Part shown: positions 21,044 to 31,100 of the stretch, piece by piece
How positions within the stretch are numbered: the stretch's first letter is position 1
Layout: the number at the start of each line of letters is the position of its first letter
Origin: a virus
Taxonomy: Duplodnaviria > Caudoviricetes
Direction: 5' to 3' (one strand)
IMG/VR virus record: IMGVR_UViG_3300028045_000016
Location: 1 to 57,630 of that record
Length of the DNA stretch: 57,630 bases
Made by a program: the position numbers and the translations under genes
The notes under the pieces: generated by a model
What the model was told of the DNA's origin: nothing
The model's input: only the letters and a program-made list of their open reading frames with translations
The model's database searches: none

Positions 21044-21880
21044 ATGAGCAACCAAGTAATAGAAAATAAAAATTACACACTAAGCTATGATAGTGGTGTA
21101 AAAGGATTTCCTTCCTTTTATTCTTACGACCCTGAGTGGATGTTAGGAATGAATAATTTCTTTTATACGTTTAAAGGGGGTAACCTTTACCGTCATAACG
21201 TGAACGAGAGTAGAAACGAATATTATGGAACAAGGTATCCTTCTGTCGTTCAGTCAGTATTTAATGAGAACCCATTAGACAATAAACTTTTTAAGACAAT
21301 AAATCTTGAAGGTGATGACTCTTGGGATACATTGATATTTAGTGACCAACAAAACACAGGTTTTATTGAGGGTGGGCAACTAACTGCAGACAACTATTAC
21401 GAGACAAAAGAAGGTGCTCAATTTGCATTTATAAGAAACTCAGGTCAATCGTTTACTTCAAGTGCTAATAGTAATCAGTTTCCTTTACGCTCTTTAAATG
21501 GTATAGCAACTAGCAACGATATTGTTATTGGTGGAGGTAATACCACTACTGTTAATTTTCCAACATCTATTTTTATTGGTGGAATAATTAGTATCGGTGA
21601 TATGTTATATTTTACCGACAACGGGGTGCCAAAACTAATAGGCAGGGTTACTAGTATAGATGTAGATTTACCGGCAGGTATTAATAGAATTGTTACACAA
21701 AACAATATACCAACATCTCAAACTCCGGGACCAAGTGAATACATTTTATATTTAAAAAATTCCGTAGCAGAATCTCACGGTATTTTGGGACACTATGCAG
21801 TTTTTACTTTAACAAACTACAATGCTAATAAAACAGAGTTGTTTGCAGTTGAGAGTGAAGTAATGAAATCATACCCATAA
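21044..21880 (+). CDS. Tail protein resembling the C-terminal part of the nozzle/stabilisation protein
   Basis: YTLSYDSGVKGFPSFYSYDPE, KLFKTINLEG, KEG..FAFI and ELFAVESEVMKS. Confidence 0.6.
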   Translation: MSNQVIENKNYTLSYDSGVKGFPSFYSYDPEWMLGMNNFFYTFKGGNLYRHNVNESRNEYYGTRYPSVVQSVFNENPLDNKLFKTINLEGDDSWDTLIFSDQQNTGFIEGGQLTADNYYETKEGAQFAFIRNSGQSFTSSANSNQFPLRSLNGIATSNDIVIGGGNTTTVNFPTSIFIGGIISIGDMLYFTDNGVPKLIGRVTSIDVDLPAGINRIVTQNNIPTSQTPGPSEYILYLKNSVAESHGILGHYAVFTLTNYNANKTELFAVESEVMKSYP

Positions 21881-21886
21881 TTTTAG

Positions 21887-21894
21887 TATCTTTG
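21887..21894 (+). promoter_or_regulatory. -7 promoter element (TATCTTTG)
   Basis: Upstream of the GNAT and ejection-protein genes. Confidence 0.6.
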
Positions 21895-21903
21895 TAATGT
21901 ATA

Positions 21904-22317
21904 ATGACTTTTGACGTAAGACCACTTAACTTAGAAGATTACGACATCTATTTGAAAAAATGGTGGAGTGATTGGGGTTGGCAAACACCAACTAGAGATT
22001 TCCTTCCTGACAATGGCAAGGGTGGTATGATGATATTAGATGAAGACGGCACACCTATTTGTGCAGGATTTGTTTATATGACTAATTCTAAAGTAGCTTG
22101 GGTTGATTGGATTATATCAAATAAAGAATATAGAAAGAAGCCTGAAAGAACTAATGCTTTAGGTTTATTAATAGAGACTTTAACTAACTTATGTAAGAAT
22201 TTAGATGCTAAGTACTGTTATGCTTTAATAAAACACAAAGCTTTACAATCTACTTATGAAAAGGTAGGGTATCAAAAGGCAGATTCGTACTCACAAGAAA
22301 TGATAAAAATATTATAA
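21904..22317 (+). CDS. Putative GNAT-fold acetyltransferase (T7 gp13-like position)
   Basis: VRPLNLED, ICAGFVY, WIISNKEYR and YEKVGY GNAT-like pattern, directly before the internal virion proteins. Confidence 0.6.
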   Translation: MTFDVRPLNLEDYDIYLKKWWSDWGWQTPTRDFLPDNGKGGMMILDEDGTPICAGFVYMTNSKVAWVDWIISNKEYRKKPERTNALGLLIETLTNLCKNLDAKYCYALIKHKALQSTYEKVGYQKADSYSQEMIKIL

Positions 22318-22318
22318 T

Positions 22319-23143
22319 ATGGCAGTAGCAACGGCAGCAATTGGGGGTTTAGTTATCGCAGGTGCAAGTGCAGGGATGTCCTTTTCACAAGCTTCTAAAC
22401 AAAGAAAACTTCAGGCACAAGCTGAACAAGATGCAGCAGCAGCAATGCAAGAGGCTAGAAAAAAATTAGATGTAAACTTCGCAGAAAATATGTCCATTAA
22501 AAAGGAGGCATATGATTTAGAAAGAGAAGCATTGCTAAGTGCAGGTGCACAAGCAACGAATGCAGGTATGGAAAGTGAACGAGGCTCTGCAGCTACTGCA
22601 GGTAGAATCTATGCTGCACAACAACAAGGTCAGGCAGGTGTTCGAGGAGCAATGGCTGATGAAATGACAAATATTGAAAACGCTATTATAGAAGAGGACG
22701 GAAGACTAAGAGACTTAGATGTGGCTTTAGACTTAGAAGAAGTAGCAGGTAACCAACAGAAAGCTGCAGATGCACAAGCTAGAGCAGAAGCTGCAAAACA
22801 ACAGGGTATTCAATCTACAGTTGCTGCTGCTCAAGCAGGGATGCAATTAGTACCATTATACTCACAGAATATGTCGGCACAAAAAGCTGCAGTAGGTGGT
22901 ATGTCGCTAGACTCACAAGAGTTTCAAGATTTTGGAAATGTTATGGGTAAAAATGGTGGTGTATCTAAAAGTATGGGAGCAGCAGGGAGTGATGGCTTTA
23001 CTAATTTAGATTTAGGTGCAGTTGGTAATATGAGTAACAAACAGTTTAGACAGTTCAAAAGGGAACTAAGTCCTGAACAACAACGAATGTTGTTTCAAAA
23101 CTCACAATACATAAACGCATACAACAATCCTTTTAAAATTTAG
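22319..23143 (+). CDS. Putative ejection/pilot protein 1
   Basis: Ala/Gln/Gly-rich with a hydrophobic Gly-Ala N-terminus and coiled coil. Confidence 0.6.
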   Translation: MAVATAAIGGLVIAGASAGMSFSQASKQRKLQAQAEQDAAAAMQEARKKLDVNFAENMSIKKEAYDLEREALLSAGAQATNAGMESERGSAATAGRIYAAQQQGQAGVRGAMADEMTNIENAIIEEDGRLRDLDVALDLEEVAGNQQKAADAQARAEAAKQQGIQSTVAAAQAGMQLVPLYSQNMSAQKAAVGGMSLDSQEFQDFGNVMGKNGGVSKSMGAAGSDGFTNLDLGAVGNMSNKQFRQFKRELSPEQQRMLFQNSQYINAYNNPFKI

Positions 23144-23149
23144 AAAAAT

Positions 23150-25117
23150 ATGACTGCATATAAGTACGTTGAAAGGAAAGCAGAAGACCAAATAAATTGG
23201 GCAGAGGTAGGCAAGAATTTTTCAAATACACTACAAGAAGAAGTTCGTGTAAGACAAGAAAAAAAGGCTGCAATAGATGAAGCTTCAAGAGAATATCAAA
23301 GAGTTCTAGACAATACTCCTCAAGGGGAGTTTGGTTTAGCAAACACATTTGCATTAGACGGTGCTGCAAAACTTCAGAAACAAGCCTTAATGCAGAACAC
23401 TTTACTAAAGAGTGGTCAGCTTGACCCAAGAAGATATACCATTATGCAACAAAACCTTGTTGATGGTACAGACCAAATGTTTAGTCTAGCTGAAACATAT
23501 CAATCAGAGTATCAGAGAAAAATGAAACTGATGGCAGATGGTACTCCACCGGGTGAAAAACTTTCAGGACTTGAGGCAAACCTAATGGCATCTGTAGAGG
23601 GTTTAGGTAACTTAGAAAATCACGAGATGACCATAGACCCTAACACGGGTATGATAGGTGTAGGTAGATATAACTCAGATGGTGTACTAACTAATTCAAC
23701 TACTGCATTCGCATTAAAAAATAGATTAAAATCAAATACAAAAGAATTTGATATGGTCGGTGCTAGTGAGAAGTGGTTAAAGACATTAGGAACAAATAAG
23801 ACTGCTGAGTTTAAGAATTTAGGAAATAAACTTACTGCAGATGTTCTTTTAAAGATTAGCGACATTACTGCAAAGGTATCTCCCTCAGGGAATATGAGTG
23901 ATTTAAGTGATGAAGCATTAGCAGAAATGGCTGCAGCAACGGGTGTGGATATAGCAGACTTAAAAACTCTAACCCTGTACAAAGAGGCACAAATGAATTA
24001 TGTTAAGTCACAACTATCTCCTGATGCAAGTGGGACAAACGCAGCTTCTATGTTGTTTGACCACGTTGGAGGATATGATACATATATCATAGGTGAAGGA
24101 GACAATACTCAAGAGGCTTGGGATAAATTGTCTGAAGATGACAAGAAGAATAAGATTTTAGTTAAAACAAAAAACGGTAATCCTGAATTTGTTCTTAGCG
24201 ATGCTCAGGTTGAAGTTGCAGAGAGAGCATTCCAATCTCAAATAGATATTGGTTTAGATTACTCAGAAGAAGAAGAAGCAGTATACAGACAAAGAGAAGG
24301 TAAGAAAGATGGGTATGCACCTGATTATGTTAACAAGAATAACAAGGCTGATGAAGAGAAGAGAAACGATGTTAGTCAATGGATGAATATACGTTCCGAG
24401 CAAGACCCTGTTAAACGTAAAGTATTAGTAAACGCTATACTTCAAGACCCTAAAAGTATTCAGGCAGGACTTAAAGATATAAGATTTGCAACAAATGCAG
24501 CAGGTGAAACCACATTAGAAGTCGAGTATGCAAATTCTCAATTAAACAGAACAGGAGAAAATGCAATTATTGTTTCAGAAAAAGGTAAGGTTCCTACTCA
24601 AGAACAATGGGCACTAGCCGGTGTATCTATACACGGTGTATCTGACCCTACTAAAATAATGAATGCAGCCGGTGGATATAGTGTTGATGCAGATGATTTC
24701 GATTCTAAATATAAAGACCCAACAGGAATTGGTGCCAAGAAAGATGACCAACCATTAACACCTAGTCAGGCAGTTGACCTTGCATACAAAACTATGCAGC
24801 AACAGTTTGTATCACAAAACATCAAAGGATTATCTGATGATGATGTCCAAGCACCTGCATTAGCTAAGATTGGAAAGCCTTATGGAATTGTTGTAACAGA
24901 CGGTGTGAATACTGTTACAATTACTAAGCCGGGTCAAGAACCTAAGAAGTTCCCTCAGGATTCTATAGAAGCAATGATGACTTATATGTTAACAGATATA
25001 AATTCAGGACTAGCACAAAAGGCTGCTAATAAGAAAAATAAAAGAACCATTCAACAGATTATGACTGAGGATGGTGTAGATAGAGTGGAGGCAACAAAAA
25101 GATTTAAAGCACAATAA
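23150..25117 (+). CDS. Putative ejection protein 2
   Basis: 655-aa helical protein between the pilot and giant proteins. Confidence 0.55.
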   Translation: MTAYKYVERKAEDQINWAEVGKNFSNTLQEEVRVRQEKKAAIDEASREYQRVLDNTPQGEFGLANTFALDGAAKLQKQALMQNTLLKSGQLDPRRYTIMQQNLVDGTDQMFSLAETYQSEYQRKMKLMADGTPPGEKLSGLEANLMASVEGLGNLENHEMTIDPNTGMIGVGRYNSDGVLTNSTTAFALKNRLKSNTKEFDMVGASEKWLKTLGTNKTAEFKNLGNKLTADVLLKISDITAKVSPSGNMSDLSDEALAEMAAATGVDIADLKTLTLYKEAQMNYVKSQLSPDASGTNAASMLFDHVGGYDTYIIGEGDNTQEAWDKLSEDDKKNKILVKTKNGNPEFVLSDAQVEVAERAFQSQIDIGLDYSEEEEAVYRQREGKKDGYAPDYVNKNNKADEEKRNDVSQWMNIRSEQDPVKRKVLVNAILQDPKSIQAGLKDIRFATNAAGETTLEVEYANSQLNRTGENAIIVSEKGKVPTQEQWALAGVSIHGVSDPTKIMNAAGGYSVDADDFDSKYKDPTGIGAKKDDQPLTPSQAVDLAYKTMQQQFVSQNIKGLSDDDVQAPALAKIGKPYGIVVTDGVNTVTITKPGQEPKKFPQDSIEAMMTYMLTDINSGLAQKAANKKNKRTIQQIMTEDGVDRVEATKRFKAQ

Positions 25118-25119
25118 GT

Positions 25120-28100
25120 ATGAATGACGATTTGTATTCAATAATGATGGAAGGTGCCTTTGCCGATAGAGCAGAGTTCGATGCCTACGTTGGACAGTCA
25201 ACACCCGAAGAAATATATGAACTTGTAATGGAGGGTGCCTTTGCAAACTTTGAAGAGTTTAATGAATTATACTTTAAGGACGGGCAGGTTGATGAGAAAG
25301 TTGAAGACGTAAAAAAAAAAGACGAATCTCAAAACCCATTTGCTTCATCAGAAGAAGTGGTTCTCCCAAGTATGCCGGGTGGTACTGTGGATTCTTCAGA
25401 GTCAGAATCTTCATCGGATACTCCCGAAGAACTTGACCTTACAAAAGACAACTACGAGCAACCTGTAAATGAGGATATAAACCTAACAGATGCTTCTGTA
25501 GAGGACCCATTTTCAGAGTCAGTTAACAATGTAATAAACCCCGACCTATTAACGGATACTGAGGAATCAGTAATTCCTAAGATGAAAAATTATTTTTCTC
25601 AGTACGGTTTTACTTTTAAAACTGCAGACTATCTAGGTGATGGTATGAATATAGAAGCTGAGAATGGTAACAAGCTTTATGTAAATCTAGATAGAGCAAG
25701 TGATTTCTTTTCTATATCTGATTCTCAAGAAGATTCTGCAAAAGAACTTCAAGCTTTTTTAAGAGACAACAGAAGAGAAAACGAGGAGATTTTAAATCAA
25801 GCAGGTGTTGTAGTAGAGAATCAAAGAAAAGCTTACAACGAAAAAGAAATTCTTGAAACCGTAAAGAACTTCAACAAACAGGCACAGGGTTTTGAAAATC
25901 GTGTAAAGGAGTATGCATTGTACAAGAACAAACTTGACAAGTACTATGAGGTTAAACTTTCCAACGTAACAAAAGAGCAGCTAGAAAACGATGAAGTTTT
26001 AAGAGCAAACTACGAGCAATGGAATAAACTTAATGAAAGAGCAACAGAAATGCTATCTGATTTAAGAGTAGAAGATGAAAACTTTCAGATTCAAGGGCAG
26101 CAATTAGACAGAATGGCAGGTGAGTATTTAGAGATGCGACAGGATATGGGTTCATATTCAGGTGGTTTCTACAATGCATTGTTGGATGGTAGTGCTAGGA
26201 TAAGTGCAGGAGTAATGGATGCCTTGATTGATGGAACTACATACGCATTACCTAATGCAGGAATGTCCGAGAAGGAATATAAAAATGAGATTGCTAGAGT
26301 TGCCTTAGAGAACGGAGACTTTCCTTCAGGAAACTATAGAGAGACTATACCAAAAGAAGACATTGACGAGAACGGAATGGTTACTTTGAAAGACCCTGAG
26401 TTGGGTACGGATAAGAAAGTTAGTGTTAGTTTATTCCCTAGTGTTTTTGATTTAAGCAAAGACGAAATGGTTGAAATCCTTGGAGGAGATACCAATGATT
26501 GGAAGTTTGTTGGCAACGCAATAAACATTGCTTTAGCTACGGGAGTACCCGGACCCGGTGGTGCTAGGATACCCGTTTCCCCTGTCGGTGATATAACACC
26601 TAAGTCTGCATATGATAAGGCACATTCAAAAGTTTTAGACCTTGCGAGAAAAGGATTAAAATATGAGGAAGGATATGACCAAGCTAAGTCAAAAGATATG
26701 CAAGGTGGTAGGTACAGAAATTCATATTCAAGTACTGCTACAAACGCAGATACTTCATTGGGTATGCTTGAGGCTACTCGTGATGGTTTACGAGAAGTTG
26801 CAGGTGTAAAGCAAACAACAAAGGAATGGTCTGACTTAGAGAAGCAAAGCTTTTGGGGTGGTGCCTTACTTGGTGTTACAGAATCTTTACCGGCAATGCT
26901 TGGTGGTAGTAGTCCTGTAGGTTGGGCACAACGTACTGCTCAGATGTACTCTCAGGTTACAGACCACGTTAATGAAGAGATGGAAAAAGATGCTGCCTTC
27001 GATATGATTTCTGAAGCAGAAAAGCAATCAGTAAAAATACCAATTGGTGTAGCAGTAGGAACACTAGAAGCTATTGGACTTAGAAACGTACTAAGACAAA
27101 AAGGTTTCTTAAACGGTGTGATTGGTAGAGCAATGGCTAGGTCTAACAGTAAGACAACTGCAAAGACATTCTCTGAAATGATAAGACAAGATGTTTCTAG
27201 TATGATTGCTAGAGGTGGTCTTGTTATTACAGGAGCAGGTGCTGCAGAATACGAAACAGGTTTCTTACAAGAGGCTGCAGAACTTACAATAAAAGATATC
27301 TATAATGATTCCAAGGAGAAGGAAATGTTTAAGACTCCTGATACTTGGCAAGATTGGATTAGAAGAGTTAACCGTGCAGGTTTGCAGGAAGCAGTAGGTG
27401 GATTTGTATTGGGAGCACCAAGAGCAATGGCTACTGCCGTAAGTGGATTAGAGGTACAGAGTCTAGATGATAGGGTTTTTAAAATGTTTGAGCAAGTTAG
27501 TAAGGACCCTAACTATATGAATATGTACGTCACAAAATTGAAGCAACGTATTGCTGATACTAAGGATGCTACTACAAAGAAAGAAGCACAAGAAGAATTA
27601 GATTTAGTAAGACAACTTCAAGGTGCACTTGAACAGATTCCAAAGGAGTATAATACAAAACAAAAGAAAGAAGCTATACAGTTAATCTTCCAAAAGAATA
27701 AGTTGGACAATGAGATTCAATCTGAAGATAAAATTTTATCTAAGCCTAAGCAGGAATTGTTAAACAAAGTAAACGATAGACTTGCTGCTATTGTTGGAGA
27801 GGTGGTTATAGAACAACAACAGGGAAGAGTTAACGAACAAAAAATTCAAGACTTTGAAGATGGAACTACTGAAGTTCAGAACACTACACAAGTTACTCCT
27901 GAAGAGCAGAATGATATTGATGAATTCTTTAACGAGGAAAATGATAACTCTGATGTAAGGGCAGACAACCTTTCTATAAACAGAAACAATAAGGGTGGTA
28001 AAAATAAAAACCCATTTAGAAACGATGTTATTAGGATAGCAGAGTTAGGAGCCAAGGCAATAGCTAAGGTCTTACCTGATGTTAAAATAGTAATGCACGA

Positions 28101-31100
28101 AGACAACGAGCAGTTTTTAAAGTATGCAAAACTTGGTCAAGGTAGGGCAGAGTATAATCCGGACAACAAAACCATTCACGTTAACCTATCTTCTGCTAAA
28201 AAAACAACAGTACCTCACGAGATTTTTCACGCAGTACTGATGGACAAAATTAAAAGCGACCCTGCTATTGCGAAAGCTGCAGAGACTATGCTTATGTCTG
28301 TAAGAAAAGTAATGCCAAAGGGTAGTGAACTTAGTGAGCGTATTGAGAGATTCGCTAAAGGTTATGAAGGTGATATAGTTCAGAATGAAGAGAGACTTGC
28401 CGAGTTGATTGGTATACTATCTTCAGAATATAGAACCTTAACTAAGCCACAAAAAAACATTGTAGTTGATTTCTTAAAAACTATTGCAAGAACTTTAGGT
28501 ATAGAAAAAGTATTAGCTAAGTATGGTGTTGATGTTTCTTCAAGTGAATTCGGTAAAACCGATGCAGACATTGTAGACCTTCTTAATGCTATATCAACTA
28601 AGACTAGAAAGGGTGAAGCTTTGAATCAATCAGATATTCAAGCTTTAGAAACCATAAGTAAAGAACAAGAACAACAAGAACAACAAGAAGAAGAGCAAGG
28701 TTCAGAGGGTGAAGTTGGAACCCTACAATTTCCTAGACAACAAATAGAAATAATAGACTCGCCTAAAGTTCAAAACGACCCAAGACCTTGGGTTAAAGAA
28801 CTTGTTCAGGATGTGGATGTTTATACTCTAGATGGCAGAAACTTTGTGACTAATATGTACGACTATACTAACGCAGGTTTAACTGAGTTGGGTAATGGGT
28901 ACAGTATAAATCTTTTAGGTGGACGTAATTACGTTCCAATCATTATGAACAAAACGGGCAGAAAGTTAGGTGACGTATCTAACCTTGCTGCTTTCAATAC
29001 AAAGTCTCAAGCTGAAGGGTTTATTAGAAACGCAACAGAAGGTAAGGCAGATTTGTTTGCTCCACATTCCGGTACCTTAAACGGGTCTTGGCAATTTCAG
29101 CAACACATTTTTGAATCGTTAGTTGATTTAGTTCTTGATGAAAAAATACTTAGTAAGAAAAAACTTATTGATGCATTTAATAGTGGACTTCAATCTAAAG
29201 AAGGAAAGAGTGCGTTAGAAAAATTCAATAATAAAAACAACAGTAGATTAAAAAATCTAAATAGTTTTAAAGGAGACCCAAAAGCATTGGTTACTTTATT
29301 AGATATTGAAAACAATTATTCTCCTGACCTTAGAAAAATATTAAACCAAAAGATTGCATCTGATAAAACATTTCAGAAAGCAATTGGTGTAAAGAATCTA
29401 AACGAGTTTCATAGTAGAATGACCGACCCCTTAAACAAGGGAGTTGTTGGTGGTGAGATTATGTCCTTCGTTGAATTTGACCCGACAACATTTGAGGTTG
29501 CTAAAACGAATCCTAAAGATGTAGACCATCACCCATCATTTGGTTGGGTAGTTAAGGCTAAGATTAAAAAGATAATGCAGCCAAGCAAGTTCTTTAAATC
29601 TTACGATGTAACAGATACCTATACTAAATACAACACAGATGAGACGGTGGTATCAAGAAAAGCAGAACCTAATTTTGCTAAGTCAAATGTAACATCAAGT
29701 GCAGGTGCAATACCTAAGGTAGCTACTGTAAACAGAAAGCAAAGTAGTAGACAACAGAAAATAGACAAGGCATTGTCTAAGGCTTCAGGTACTACGCAAG
29801 TAGCAACAACCACAGGTAGCTATGTAAAAGCTGCAAACATTCTAAATAACCTAGAGATAAAAGGTGAGGTGTTAGACTTTGGTGCAGGTCTTGGACTTGG
29901 AACAGATGCAATGTCAAAGACATTAGGAAGTAAGGTTGATTCGTATGAAATAAATCCTGAAAGATGGAAGGGTAACAAGCCTGTAACATACACCAAGGTT
30001 GAAGACATAAATAAAAAATACGATGCTATTGTATCCCTGAATGTACTGAACGTTGTGCCTAAAGGGATTAGAGATGGTATTGTACAAGACATCTACACTA
30101 ATTTAAAACCGGGTGGTACTGCAGTTATTAGTACTAGAGGATTCAAGGGAGATATTAATAGTGCAAAAAACTTTGAGTTAGGTCCTGAAGAAAAAAGTTA
30201 TATCATCAAAAGAAAAAAAGATGGTGGTATTGTAGACGTATATCAAAAAGGATTTGACGGTAACGAACTCGTTGAATACATTCAAGATATATTAGGAGAC
30301 AAAGTAAAGGTTGCAAAGAAAGGTGGCTTTGGAAGTAGAGGTGTTATTGTACAGAAGCTTGATGGTGCTAAACCAAAAGGCAGACAACAAAAATCTATTG
30401 AAGAAATTGCAAGGTACTATCAAATGAATACTCAAGGGTTCTTCCCTAAGGGTGTTGACTTATATCGAGTAAAGAAATTACTCCCTCCCGGATATAGCGT
30501 TAAGCAATCTAAGTTTGACCAATATGGTAGAGGAGGTTCTTATTACTTAGTAAACTCTAGAGGATATAAGATTAATCCATACAAGAATAAAGGTAGACAA
30601 CAAAAAGAAATCGAAGATTATATTTTAGAGGCTAGGTCTAATAACTTTAAGGAAGGTCAGATAAAAGATTTCCTTATTAGAACAAAAAAGTTTCCTGCTA
30701 AATTAGTTAATCAGATGATGGAGATTGATGCAGACTTGTTTGAATCATTACCTAAAAGCTTTGGTAACATAGAGGGTGGGCAACAAGCAGGTATAAAACT
30801 ATATCAAAAGATTGAAGCTTACAAACAAAAGCTTACTAAGAATAACAAGAGAAGAAAAAACAAATTAACTCAACAAGAGATAGTTGATAAGACTATAGAG
30901 TTCTTAGAGCAGCAGCCTGAGTATATTGCCGAAGGTGATACATACACAGTTGGTAGTAAAAAGAAAGGAACTCAAGTTACAAAAACAAGAAAGGGTCTAT
31001 CCCTTCAACAGGCTCAGATGTTATCAGACTTACAGTCTTCGATAGATATTAGACCATCTCAGAATATGGGTGTTAAGTTAGCAAAAGCAAGACTGTTTTT

